A stretch of DNA of 64,000 nucleotides from Macrostomum hystrix (lineage: Eukaryota; Animalia; Platyhelminthes), in contig CATNEN010000039.1 in the NCBI GenBank assembly GCA_950097015.1, forward strand, positions 12,400,001 to 12,464,000, read 5' to 3'. Made by a program: the position numbers and the translations under genes. Below, piece after piece: positions 36,201 to 48,271 of this stretch (position 1 is its first letter; every line of letters begins with the position of its first letter). The notes under the pieces were generated by a model. That model did no database searches. It worked only from the letters and a program-made list of their open reading frames with translations, and was not told the DNA's origin.

Positions 36201-38111
36201 TTCTTTGAGTTTTTACCCAATTTAAAATGTATTCTAAAATGCCATTCGGGACCTAAATACCGATGGAAATCCTAAATCCTAATCAGAATAATAAATCTCT
36301 ATAAAAATCCTAAACCCAACAAGAATCCTAAATCCAAATCAGAATCTTAAATCCCAGTCAGAATCCTAAACCCTAACCAGAATTCTTAATCCCAACCAGA
36401 ATCCTAAATCCTAAGAACAATCTTAAATCCTAATCAGAGTCCTAAATCCCAATCAGAATCCTAAACCTTAACCAGAATCCTAAATCCCAAATGAGAATCC
36501 TAAATCCCAATCAGAATCCTAAACCTTAACCAGAATCCTTAATCCCAAATGAGAATCCTAAATCCCAAATGAGAATCCTAAATCCCAATCAGAATCCTAA
36601 ACCTTAACCAGAATCCTAAATGAGAATCCTAAATCCCAATCAGAATCCCAAATCTCAATTAGAATCCTAAATCCCAATCAGAATCCCAAATCTCAATTAG
36701 AATCCTAAATCCCAATGAGAATTCTAAATCTCAATGAGAATCAAAAATCCCAACGAGAATCCTAAATCTCAATGAGAATCCTAAATCTCTATTTGAATCC
36801 TAAATCCGAATGAGAATCTTAAATCCCAATCAAAATCCTCAATCCACCAAAAATTCTACATCCAAAATTGAATCCTTAATCCCTAATCCGAAATCTTAAA
36901 TCGCAATTATAAATGCTGAATCGCATACCTGAGTATCAAAGGGAAACATGAGAATCTGCACCTTGCAGGTGGTCTTTAGCAGAGCCTGCGGTATCCACTG
37001 CACGTGACCGCTGCGGCTGACCACAATGCGGGCGTCGCGACGCTCCAGCATGCGTTCGTCAGCGCTGCAATTTGGGGGGGGGCCGAGACTCGATTCAATA
37101 AAGCTGACACTGCCAGCGAAAAAGATTTGGAGGCGGTTTCAACTCACAAATTATACAGCTTGATGTCCGGCGTCCAAACCTTCGACGGCGGCAGGCGAAT
37201 CTGTTCCACCCGGCTGTACTCCGACTCCGGCCAGTCCTCCCAGGACAGGAGACGATCGTGCCAGCTCTGCGAATTTTATTTCATCCACTTTTTAGAATTT
37301 GGGATTCGGGATCAACAATCTTAAAGATCAACGGTCTAAAAATGTGCGATCTTAAAAAACCGCAATCCTAAAATAAGCGATCGTAAAAACCAATAATCCT
37401 TTATAAGAAATTATCGATTTAAAAAATAGACGGACCTAAAAATCTACGTTCTTTAAATCAACGACTTAAAAAATAAACTATTGAAAAAATCAACAATCTA
37501 AAAATCTGCGATCTAAAAATCAACGATCTAAAAATCTGCGATCTAAAAATCAACGATCTAAAAATCTGCGATCTAAAAATCAACGATCTAAAAATCTGCG
37601 ATCTAAAAATCAACGATCTAAAAATCTGCGATCTAAAAATCAACGATCTAAAAATCTGCGATCTAAAAATAAACGATCTAAAAATCAACGATCTAAAAAT
37701 CAACAATCTAAAAATCAACAATCTAAAAATCAACAATCTAAAAATCAACAATCTAAAAATCAACAATCTAAAAATCAACAATCTAAAAATCAACGATCGC
37801 AAGAACAGAAGATAAAGCAAAAATCGGCGATCTAAAAACCAGTGAATTAAATAAAAAAAGACGAAAAAGGCGGTTTTCGTGCTCACAAATCTCAGCCAGC
37901 AGTTGGTTCTGAGCAGTTGCTGATTCTCCTGCAGGTCCAGAATCTGTATCAGAGCCAGGCCCAGCCGTACAGTCATCACTTGGCTGTTGTTAACCACGGG
38001 TCGGCCCAGGATGCCGAGACTGTCGTAGCGACGCAGTATTTCCGTAGTCAGACGCTTCTCAACGGTGGCCTGGCCGAGAAGGAGCGCAGCTGACGAGCTG
38101 GCCACGAGCAT
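33220..38111 (-). CDS. Nicotinic acetylcholine receptor-like Cys-loop subunit, predicted anion-selective (ACC type); exons 38111-37887, 37266-37148, 37064-36929, 36145-35933, 34787-34538, 34032-33946, 33876-33755, 33624-33220 (start uncertain; acceptor at 38152)
   Basis: RPVVN, WTPDIKLYN, Cys-loop CKVQILMFPFDTQIC, FGSWTYD, M1-M4 helices, LDRLFFFIY; M1-M2 linker LPPEAPAKM; no vicinal CC in loop C. Confidence 0.92.
33650..33752. repeat. (AGTC)n intronic microsatellite
   Basis: Direct observation. Confidence 0.9.
34120..34372 (-). mobile_element. SINE family 2, 3'-truncated copy
   Basis: Reverse-complement match to 19281-19520. Confidence 0.88.
34906..35391. mobile_element. hAT (Charlie-like) MITE, second copy with deleted right TIR
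   Basis: Starts CAGGGGTCGGCAACC; 8-bp TSD CTCTAGAA on both sides; shares GCATTGACTGTA and GGGCCGGATTTGGGAGCTTC with 14150-14664; internal GAGATGAGACA array. Confidence 0.88.
35760..35922 (+). mobile_element. SINE family 2, internal fragment
   Basis: GAAGGCTTGGGGGCTTGTCGTG...CTGCCTGACGATAAGAAAGTCAGGGCAGATGTACAC. Confidence 0.85.
36260..36900. repeat. Degenerate ~21-bp intronic repeat AGAATCCTAAATCCCAATC
   Basis: Tandem array. Confidence 0.88.
37455..37800. repeat. 15-bp intronic repeat ATCTAAAAATCAACG
   Basis: Tandem array; inflates ORF 37458..38111. Confidence 0.93.
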
Positions 38112-38309
38112 CCAGAAATCTGATCGATGATTGCAATCGGGTAAATTGGAGCTGCGATAAGTGGGAACGAAATAGGATTATTGGGAAAACATTTTGATAA
38201 CTAGAGCGACAGAGAGCAATTGGGAAGACAATATGCAGTATGACTTTGATGGACAGTGGGGATAATTAAGAAAACAAGTGCTGTCGTAGGTGCGCGACAG
38301 GAAACAAAA

Positions 38310-39965
38310 GGTGTGTCAGAGGTGATAACAGGTGTGGCTGAGGAGATAAGAGGTGTGTCAGAGGAGATAACAGGTGTGGCTGAGGAGATAAGAGGTGTGT
38401 CAGAGGAGATAACAGGTGTGGCTGAGGAGATAAGAGGTGTGTCAGAGGAGATAACAGGTGTGGAAGTGTAGATAGCAGGTGTGGCTGAGGAGATAACAGG
38501 TGTGGCAGTGTAGATAACAGGTGTGGCAGTGTAGATAACAGGTGTGGCTGAGGAGATAACAGGTGTGGCTGAGGAGATAGCAGGTGTGGCTGAGGAGATA
38601 ACAGGTGTGGAAGTGTAGATAGCAGGTCTGGAAGTGTAGATAGCAGGTGTGGCTGAGGAGATAACAGGTGTGGAAGTGTAGATAGCAGGTGTGGCTGAGG
38701 AGATAACAGGTGTGGAAGTGTAGATAGCAGGTGTGGCTGAGGAGATAACAGGTGTGGAAGTGTAGATAGCAGGTGTGGCTGAGGAGATAACAGGTGTGGA
38801 AGTGTAGATAGCAGGTGTGGCTGAGGAGATAACAGGTTGGAAGTGTAGATAGCAGGTGTGGCTGAGGAGATAACAGGTTGGAAGTGTAGATAACAGGTGT
38901 GGCTGAGGAGATAACAGGTGTGGCAGTGTAGATAACAGGTGTGGCAGTGTAGATAGCAGGTGTGGCTGAGGAGATAACAGGTGTGGCAGTGTAGATAGCA
39001 GGTGTGGCTGAGGAGATAACAGGTGTGGAAGTGTAGATAGCAGGTGTGGCTGAGGAGATAACAGGTGTGGCAGTGTAGATAACAGGTGTGGCAGTGTAGA
39101 TAACAGGTGTGGCTGAGGAGATAACAGGTGTGGCTGAGGAGATAACAGGTGTGGAAGTGTAGATAGCAGGTGTGGCTGAGGAGATAACAGGTGTGGAAGT
39201 GTAGATAGCAGGTGTGGCTGAGGAGATAACAGGTGTGGAAGTGTAGATAGCAGGTGTGGCTGAGGAGATAACAGGTGTGGCAGTGTAGATAGCAGGTGTG
39301 GCTGAGGAGATAACAGGTGTGGAAGTGTAGATAGCAGGTGTGGCTGAGGAGATAACAGGTGTGGAAGTGTAGATAGCAGGTCTGGAAGTGTAGATAGCAG
39401 GTGTGGCTGAGGAGATAACAGGTGTGGAAGTGTAGATAGCAGGTGTGGCTGAGGAGATAACAGGTGTGGAAGTGTAGATAGCAGGTGTGGCTGAGGAGAT
39501 AACAGGTGTGGAAGTGTAGATAGCAGGTGTGGCTAAGGAGATAACAGGTGTGGAAGTGTAGATAGCAGGTGTGGCTGAGGAGATAACAGGTTGGAAGTGT
39601 AGATAGCAGGTGTGGCTGAGGAGATAACAGGTTGGAAGTGTAGATAACAGGTGTGGCTGAGGAGATAACAGGTGTGGCAGTGTAGATAACAGGTGTGGCA
39701 GTGTAGATAGCAGGTGTGGCTGAGGAGATAACAGGTGTGGCAGTGTAGATAACAGGTGTGGAAGTGTAGATAGCAGGTGTGGCTGAGGAGATAACAGGTG
39801 TGGCAGTGTAGATAGCAGGTGTGGCAGTGTAGATAACAGGTGTGGCAGTGTAGATAGCAGGTGTGGCAGTGTAGATAACAGGTGTGGCAGTGTAGATAAC
39901 AGGTGTGGCAGTGTAGATAGCAGGTGTGGCAGTGTAGATAGCAGGTGTGGCTGAGGAGATAGCAA
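38310..39965. repeat. 21-bp minisatellite (AGATAACAGGTGTGGCTGAGG / AGATAGCAGGTGTGGAAGTGT)
   Basis: Two alternating variants with higher-order duplication. Confidence 0.96.
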
Positions 39966-40419
39966 CTTACAAACACGAACAATCGTAGACGGCATACTAA
40001 AACTTGCTTTAGAATGTAGTTGTCTCAATCCAGAAATTATAGCAGGTAGATGATGTACTCGCATTAGCGGCTGTGTTCTACGATATATGAGCATACCAAG
40101 CAAACATAGTGAAGCCTATATACACTTGGAGAGCCAGGCTACAACTCTCAAATTCCATGCCATTTTTATTGCGTCCTCCAACTCAGGTCCACCGATGAGC
40201 GTACAGATTTGCTTTTTACGGCGTTCATCATTTTCAAAGCCACCACTGATCAATTGGTCCGCCACGTCATTTTATCCAATTTTTAGGAAGGCAAAAAAGA
40301 GGAAGCAAAATTCTTTTTGCTAGGACATTGGGGCAAGCTATTGCTGAATTCAGCCATCAAATTGCACCTAATTTCGTCCTTTGCTTGCTGAGCAGAACTG
40401 AGCAAAATGAAGGAAGCAA

Positions 40420-43400
40420 AATAAAGGCTTCAGAATGAAAGGATTAGAAAGATGGGAGTAGAGTGAAGGGAGTACGCTCGTACGAGCGTAGAATGAAGGG
40501 ATCTGAATGAAGGGAGTAGAATGAAGAGAGCATGTTGAAGTTAGCAGAATGAAGGGAGCAGAATGAAGGGAGCATGTTGAAGGGAGCAGAATGAAGGGAG
40601 CATGTTGAAGGGAGCAGAATGAAGGTAGCATGTTGAAGGGAGCAGAATGAAGGGAGCATGTTGAAGGGAGCAGAATGAAGGGAGCATGTTGAAGGGAGCA
40701 GAATGAAGGTAGCATGTTGAAGGGAGCAGAATGAAGGTAGCATGTTGAAGGGAGCAGAATGAAGGTAGCATGTTGAAGGGAGCAGAATGAAGGGAGCATG
40801 TTGAAGGGAGCAGAATGAAGGGAGCATGTTGAAGGGAGCAGAATGAAGGGAGCATGTTGAAGGGAGCAGAATGAAGGAAGCAGAATGAAGGGAGCATGTT
40901 GAAGGGAGCAGAATGAAGGTAGCATGTTGAAGGGAGCAGAATGAAGGTAGCATGTTGAAGGGAGCAGAATGAAGGGAGCATGTTGAAGGGAGCAGAATGA
41001 AGGGAGCATGTTGAAGGTAGCAGAATGAAGGGAGCATGTTGAAGGGAGCAGAATGAAGGGAGCATGTTGAAGGGAGCAGAATGAAGGGAGCATGTTGAAG
41101 GGAGCAGAATGAAGGAAGCAGAATGAAGGGAGCATGTTGAAGGGAGCAGAATGAAGGTAGCATGTTGAAGGGGGCAGAATGAAGGTAGCATGTTGAAGGG
41201 AGCAGAATGAAGGGAGCATGTTGAAGGGAGCAGAATGAAGGGAGCATGTTGAAGGGAGCAGAATGAAGGGAGCATGTTGAAGGGAGCAGAATGAAGGGAG
41301 CATGTTGAAGGGAGCAGAATGAAGGAAGCAGAATGAAGGGAGCATGTTGAAGGGAGCAGAATGAAGGGAGCATGTTGAAGGGAGCAGAATGAAGGGAGCA
41401 TGTTGAAGGGAGCAGAATGAAGGGAGCATGTTGAAGGGAGCAGAATGAAGGGAGCATGTTGAAGGGAGCAGAATGAAGGGAGCAGAATGAAGGGAGCAGA
41501 ATGAAGGGAGCATGTTGAAGGGAGCAGAATGAAGGGAGCATGTTGAAGAGAGCAGAATGAAGGGAGCATGTTGAAGGGAGCAGAATGAAGGGAGCATGTT
41601 GAATGGAGCAGAATGAAGGGAGCATGTTGAAGGGAGCAGAATGAAGGGAGCATGTTGAAGGGAGCAGAATGAAGGGAGCATGTTGAAGAGAGCAGAATGA
41701 AGGGAGCATGTTGAAGGGAGCAGAATGAAGGGAGCATGTTGAAGGGAGCAGAATGAAGGGAGCATGTTGAAGGGAGCAGAATGAAGGAAGCATGTTGATG
41801 GGAGCAGAATTAACGGAGCAAAATGAAGGGTGCAGAATGAAGGGTTTAGAACGAAGGGGGGTAGAATGAAGGGAGTAGAATGAAGGGAGCTGAATGAAGG
41901 GAGCAGAATGAAGGGATTAGAACGAAGGGAGTTGTCGCGGAAATCATTATTGTTAAACTGTTATCTATCTATTATCGATTTTTCCCCGTGTCCCTTTCCA
42001 TACTGACCCCCCCTCCAGTCTAGCTTCTGCACCCACCTTGTTTTCTCTCCCTCTACGCACGTTATTGAATGTTAACCCCAATGTACATCCACCCAGGGTT
42101 TCGTACCCTCTTTTGTCTCTCCTCACTGTCGGCCCCAATTCCTTCCTTGCATATCGAAATATAATATAGTTAGAGGCCCGGGGCAAGGCCTTTGTCGGTC
42201 GTTCACTTTTCTAGCCCGTTCAAATCAATACCATTAGTTAACCTCATTTTCTTAACAGGAGTAGAATGAAGGGAGTAGAATGAAAAGGGCTGAATGAAGG
42301 GAGCAAAACGAAGGAAGCAGAATGAAGGGATTAGAATGAAGGCTTAGAATGAAGGGATTGGAATGAAGGGATTAGACCGAAGGGAGTAGAATGAATGGAG
42401 TAGAATGAAGGGAGCAGAATGAAGGGATTAGAATGAAGGGATTGGAATGAAGGGATTAGAATGAAGGCTTAGAATGAAGGGATTGGAATGAAGGGATTAG
42501 ACCGAAGGGAGTAGAATGAAGCGAGTAGAATGAAGGGAGCAGAATGAAGGGATTAGAATGAAGGGATTGGAATGAAGGGATTAGAATGAAGGCTTAGAAT
42601 GAAGGGATTGGAATGAAGGGATTAGACCGAAGGGAGTAGAATGAAGGGAGTAGAATGAAGGGAGCAGAATGAAGGGATTAGAATGAAGGCTTAGAATGAA
42701 GGGATTGGAATGAAGGGAGCAGAATGAAGGGATTAGAATGAAGGGATTGGAATGAAGGGATTAGAATGAAGGCTTAGAATGAAGGGATTGGAATGAAGGG
42801 ATTAGACCGAAGGGAGTAGAATGAAGGGAGTAGAATGAAGGGAGCAGAATGAAGGGATTAGAATGAAGGCTTAGAATGAAGGGATTGGAATGAAGGGATT
42901 AGACCGAAGGGAGTAGAATGAAGGGAGTAGAATGAAGGGAGCAGAATGAAGGGATTAGAATGAAGGCTTAGAATGAAGGGATTAGAATGAAGGGAGCTGA
43001 ATGAAGGGAGCACAATGAAGGGATTAGAATGAAGGGAGCAGAATGAAGGGAGCAAAACGAAGGAAGCAGAATGAAGGCCTAGAATGAAGGGAATAGGACG
43101 AAGGCTTAGAATGAAGGGATTAGAATGAAGGAATTAGAACGAAGGGAGTAGAACGAAGGGAGTCGAATGAAGGGAGTAGAATGAAGGGAGCAAAATGAAG
43201 GGAGTAGAACGAAGGGAGTAGAATGAAGGGAGTAGAATGAAGGGAGCAAAATGAAGGGTGCAGAATGAAGGGATTAGAACGAAGGGAGTAGAATGAAGGG
43301 AGCAGAATGAAGGGATTAGAATGAAGGGATTGGAATGAAGGGATTGGAATGAAGGGATTAGACCGAAGGGAGTAGAATGAAGGGAGTAGAATGAAGGGAG

Positions 43401-44180
43401 CAGAATGAAGGGATTAGAATGAAGGCTTAGAATGAAGGGATTGGAATGAAGGGAGCAGAATGAAGGGATTAGAATGAAGGGATTGGAATGAAGGGATTAG
43501 AATGAAGGCTTAGAATGAAGGGATTGGAATGAAGGGATTAGACCGAAGGGAGTAGAATGAAGGGAGTAGAATGAAGGGAGCAGAATGAAGGGATTAGAAT
43601 GAAGGCTTAGAATGAAGGGATTGGAATGAAGGGAGCAGAATGAAGGGATTAGAATGAAGGGATTGGAATGAAGGGATTAGAATGAAGGCTTAGAATGAAG
43701 GGATTGGAATGAAGGGATTAGACCGAAGGGAGTAGAATGAAGGGATTAGAATGAAGGGAGCAGAATGAAGGGAGTAAAACAAAGGAAGCAGAATGAAGGC
43801 CTAGAATGAAGGGAATAGGACGAAGGCTTAGAATGAAGGGATTAGAATGAAGGGATTAGAACGAAGGGAGTAGAACGAAGGGAGTCGAATGAAGGGAGTA
43901 GAATGAAGGGAGCAAAATGAAGGGAGTAGAACAAAGGGAGTAGAATGAAGGGAGTAGAATGAAGGGAGCAAAATGAAGGGTGCAGAATGAAGGGATTAGA
44001 ACGAAGGGAGTAGAATGAAGGGAGAAGAATGAAGGGATTAGAATGAAGGCTTAAAATGAAGGGATTAGAATGAAGGGATTAGAATGATGGGAGCAGAATG
44101 AAGGGAGCAAATTTAAGGGAGCAGAATGAAGGGAGCAAAACGAAGGGAGCAGAATGAAGTGATTAGAATGATGGGAGTAG
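40420..44180. repeat. 14-bp satellite GAATGAAGGGAGCA with 28-bp and higher-order sub-arrays
   Basis: About 3.7 kb array interrupted at 41933-42257. Confidence 0.96.
41933..42257. mobile_element. Solo LTR (325 bp) inserted in satellite
   Basis: Unique sequence bounded by TGT...ACA with 5-bp flanking duplication GGAGT (41928-41932, 42258-42262). Confidence 0.72.
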
Positions 44181-44367
44181 AAAGGATAGATAGAAAACAA
44201 AAATGACGTCAAAACCAATTTGAGTTAGATGTACAGCTAGTGGGACAGCTGCAGCTGTTTCAATGCACGTCCAAATGCTGTGTACAACTGTTCAGTCCAT
44301 GGACTGGCGGTGGCCACATCAGCCACCAAAATTTCCATCTTAACAGATTCTGGCATACATTTCACTG

Positions 44368-44610
44368 TAGCTAGGTAGCTAGGTAGGTAGGTAGTTAGTT
44401 AGGCAGGTAGGTAGTTAGGTAGGTAGATAGCTAGGTAGCTAGGTAGGTAGTTAGGTAGGTAGATAGCTAGGTAGCTAGGTAGGTAGTTAGGTAGGTAGAT
44501 AGCTAGGTAGCTAGGTAGGTAGTTAGGTAGGTAGATAGCTAGGTAGCTAGGTAGGTAGTTAGGTAGGTAGATAGCTAGGTAGCTAGGTAGGTAGGTAGGT
44601 AGGTAGATAG
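44368..44610. repeat. TAGG/TAGC-based microsatellite
   Basis: Direct observation. Confidence 0.9.
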
Positions 44611-45189
44611 ATATGAATTTAGGTAGGTTGGTAGGAATTAATTTGTGAAATTGCAATTTAAAAAAAAGAAAACACTTTTACTAGTTTATCGGTCTGGTTA
44701 TTTTGTGGAGACATGTTTTCAGAAATGACAACCCTTTTCCCGTGAAATTCAATCTGATTATTGATGGCATATTTAGATAGCACTTTTTTACAGAAAGTTT
44801 TGGGCATTAAAATTGCAAACAAATTTCGGCACAATGAATGAACGCAACGTATTAAACTGATAGCTAATGTAAGATTTATAGTGACTTTTTAGTCCAAAAG
44901 AATCTTAGACAACGCAGTTCAAAATGTAACAATCATCTGTGGAGAATGACAACATTGAGATATCATTTAGCAAGAAATGTACAATCACACTGACAAAACC
45001 AAATTCTTTCACATAGTTATTTTAAAAGACTGTGTGAATCAACATAGTAAATAATTAAGAAAAACGCGTTTAATAAATATTTAATCGGCTTGTACACAAT
45101 CGCCCCTACTGTTAGTAGTCAAAATCTGACAAAATTTCTGATTAGAACAAGTTGCAATAGTCACAATGCCTACTATGAGCAGACTTTAA

Positions 45190-46521
45190 TTAATCAACGG
45201 AAGCATTTGTGCGAATGCGTCTCTCGCAAACAAAGAAGCTAATTGTGCCAAAGAAGCCGAATATAACTAGTAGCAACAATTGCCACTGCAACAGAAGCAA
45301 GGTGCTATAGAAGAATGCAGCAGAAGCGGCTGCCGATTGGAAGAATTTGAACAGGGCGAATGCTGGCGCACTCTGACTAGGATAAGCGCTGCCCAGAACT
45401 GATATAATCTGAGTATTGTAGCAAGCGTCACCGAATCCTAGAAGAAATGCGCCAGCAATAGCGGCTGCATAATTAGCATTCAACAGGTAGATCGGGCCAT
45501 TGGTTTGATTGATTGGCGCGTCCATTGGCAGATTGACAAAGGCCAGATAGAAGGCGCACGTGTGCACCAGGTAGCCAAGCAGTATGATTGGATCGCGACC
45601 GAATCTATTAGTGTACTTTCCGCAGATGCTAAATAAGAAGCCGGCCGAGATTTCGCCGGCAGCAATGGCCATACCCGATTGGCCGATCAGGCTGCTGACA
45701 ATGGAGCCAAACTGTTTAGTGTGATGCAACATTGTGCCGTATACACCCGACATGAAGGTGAGCTCTAGGCCGCTATAGACAAATGTGCCAATCAGCAGTA
45801 GCATCGGTGTGTCGCGAATCAATTCAACAGATTGCTGCAGCGTGGCCGCCACAATTCCAAGAGCCGACGGTTGTTCCAGCGAGGCCAGATCCGCATTCAC
45901 CGAGGCGTCAACTTGGTCGTCGCCGCCGGAATCTGACGATCTTCTTCGCCTGAAAGTCAGCATCAGGGCGCTACCGGCGCAGCCGACCACAGTCAGGACC
46001 AAGAAGAGCTTCCACCGCTCATCTGGAGTTATCTCCGGTTTATCGCTGAACTGCAGTGTCACATACAAATTGCCCCACAGCAGGCTAGTTTGGAACACAG
46101 CCCAGAATAAGCCACTATTTCTGGCCATGGTCTCCGAGTTTGAGTTGGCTGTTAGGAAAACTCCCTGGGCGGTCCAGATCACCGCGGCGGCGATGCCCAG
46201 TAGTACGGAGCCGAGGTACAAACTCCACAGGGCAGGACGCAGGAACGAAGCGCAGAAGACATTGTAGATAAGAGCCGATACGATCATGGAGATCTTGGCG
46301 CCTAACAGGGTCACAATTAGCGGCGACACCCAATTAAACACGGCAAACACCAGGTAGATAATTGACAAAGATTGGTAGCCAGCGCCAGTAAAATCCTGGC
46401 CAGTATCCTTGCGGGCAGCTTCCAGCACCGACTCCTCCAGCATGCCAGTGGTTTGGAAGGCTGTGAAAACCAGCATAAAGCTTAGGCCCAGCAGTAGGAT
46501 ATTGATTAGCGGCCAGTCCAT
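45190..46521 (-). CDS. MFSD11: UNC93-like MFS transporter MFSD11, intronless CDS (~443 aa)
   Basis: FMLVFTAFQT, AAVIWTAQG, RNSGLFWA, GLELTFMSGVY, GFGDACYNTQ and SAPAFALFKFFQS motifs. True ATG at 46521 follows acceptor TTCCAG|C. Confidence 0.93.
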   Translation of the reverse strand: MDWPLINILLLGLSFMLVFTAFQTTGMLEESVLEAARKDTGQDFTGAGYQSLSIIYLVFAVFNWVSPLIVTLLGAKISMIVSALIYNVFCASFLRPALWSLYLGSVLLGIAAAVIWTAQGVFLTANSNSETMARNSGLFWAVFQTSLLWGNLYVTLQFSDKPEITPDERWKLFLVLTVVGCAGSALMLTFRRRRSSDSGGDDQVDASVNADLASLEQPSALGIVAATLQQSVELIRDTPMLLLIGTFVYSGLELTFMSGVYGTMLHHTKQFGSIVSSLIGQSGMAIAAGEISAGFLFSICGKYTNRFGRDPIILLGYLVHTCAFYLAFVNLPMDAPINQTNGPIYLLNANYAAAIAGAFLLGFGDACYNTQIISVLGSAYPSQSAPAFALFKFFQSAAASAAFFYSTLLLLQWQLLLLVIFGFFGTISFFVCERRIRTNASVD

Positions 46522-46599
46522 GCTGGAATATTCGGGATTCAAAAATATGATTTTTATATTACAATTACATTTAAAACCGACCAACGACCTTCCAAACCA

Positions 46600-47520
46600 T
46601 CAGCTAAACTCTATGGAAACCCAATCCTAAACTCTATAGAAACCCAATCCTAAACTCTATAGAAACCCAATCCTAAACTCTAGGGAAACCCAATCCTAAA
46701 CGCTATGGAAAGCCAATCCTAAACTCTAGGGAAACCCAATCCTAAACTCTATAGAAACCCAATCCTAAACTCTATGGAAACACAATCCTAAACTCCATGG
46801 AAACCCAATCCTAAACTCCATGGAAACCCAATCCTAAACTCCATGGAAAGCCAATCCTAAACTCCATGGAAAGCCAATCCTAAACTCCATGGAAAGCCAA
46901 TCCAAAACTCCATGGAAACCCAATCCTAAACTCTATGGAAAGCCAATCTTAAACTCCATGGAAACCCAATCCTAAACTCTATAGAAAGCCAATCCTAAAC
47001 TCCATGGAAACCCAATCCTAAACTCTATAGAAACCCAATCCTAAACTCCATGGAAAACCAATCCTAAACTCTATGGAAAGCCAATCCTAAACTCCATGGA
47101 AAACCAATCCTAAACTCTATGGAAAGCCAATCCTAAACTCCATGGAAACCCAATCCTAAACTCTATAGAAACCCAATCCTAAACTCTATAGAAACCCAAT
47201 CCTAAACTCTATAGAAACCCAATCCTAAACTCCATGGAAACCCAATCCTAAACTCTATAGAAAGCCAATCCTAAACTCCATGGAAAACCAATCCTAAACT
47301 CTATGGAAACCCAATCCTAAACTCCATGGAAACCCAATCCTAAACTCTATAGAAAGCCAATCCTAAACTCCATGGAAACCCAATCCTAAACTCTATAGAA
47401 ACCCAATCCTAAACTCTATAGAAACCCAATCCTAAACTCTATAGAAACCCAATCCTAAACTCCATGGAAACCCAATCCTAAACTCTACGGAAGTCGCACT
47501 CTTATCTCCATGGAAACCCA
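46600..47520. repeat. 23-bp minisatellite AATCCTAAACTCTATGGAAACCC in MFSD11 5' UTR intron
   Basis: Tandem array between donor 47598 and acceptor 46523 (minus strand). Confidence 0.95.
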
Positions 47521-47959
47521 ACAACACTGGGCAATTTTGTGGCAACAGAAAAAATGTTCTACTGACTCAATGTCAATAAAGCGAAGTAGAAAACTCACGA
47601 ACATCTATTTGTTGGCAGTTGTTGAAGTTTTATGTACTCTTTGATAAAGACGGAAGGACATCTCTAATTGTATAATTATTGATGAATTCACAGGCTCAAT
47701 AAAATAACAAATTTATTAAAATACAGCAAGAGAAGCTGATAAAACCTAGAAAAAAGAGAACAAATAAAATTAAATTAGGAAAAAAATATCTATTAGTTAG
47801 GCAAGTATCAAAACTGTGTGTTTAAAAAAATTACAAAAGTACAAGATGAAACAGGACGGATGTACACAACTGTATCCTGTGAGTGCGCGCTACTGCGATC
47901 ATACATTTGCTAGACGTAGAATTTTCTCAACAAAAACTAATAAAAAATCTACTCTATAC

Positions 47960-48140
47960 CACAGGGCAATACCACAGGGCAATGTTAAAGTTAGTTCATT
48001 GTAAACTGTGGAAACTGAGATTCAGATGGTGGATTTTCACAAAAATCGGTCCATTAAGTTTGGGAGCTAGGCAGTGAAGTAGGCAGTGGGTATTTGAAAT
48101 ATCCCCCGTGGTCTATCCCCAGGGGGAGAAATAGCGTGCT
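47960..48140 (-). mobile_element. Helitron/HINE-like element fragment with terminal hairpin GGGTATTTGAAATA(T)CCC
   Basis: The same hairpin block occurs at 20387-20415 and 33134-33181; here it adjoins the GACCGATTTTTGTGAAAATCC motif. Confidence 0.5.
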
Positions 48141-48271
48141 CAACAAGAGCTTTGTTTTTCCTTTGTTTAGACCTATTTCCGCAAAATTAACAAATTTCGC
48201 GGCAAAGACACAAGAAAAAAAGTAGTAAACAAAAGATAAAGTTTAATTTCCGCGGTTTTGATAATTCTATT

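Noticed and set aside
38442-41793. Long ORFs of 398-553 aa
   Set aside because: Translations of 21-bp and 14/28-bp satellites; the 14/28-bp array is open in all three minus frames, and there is no domain content.
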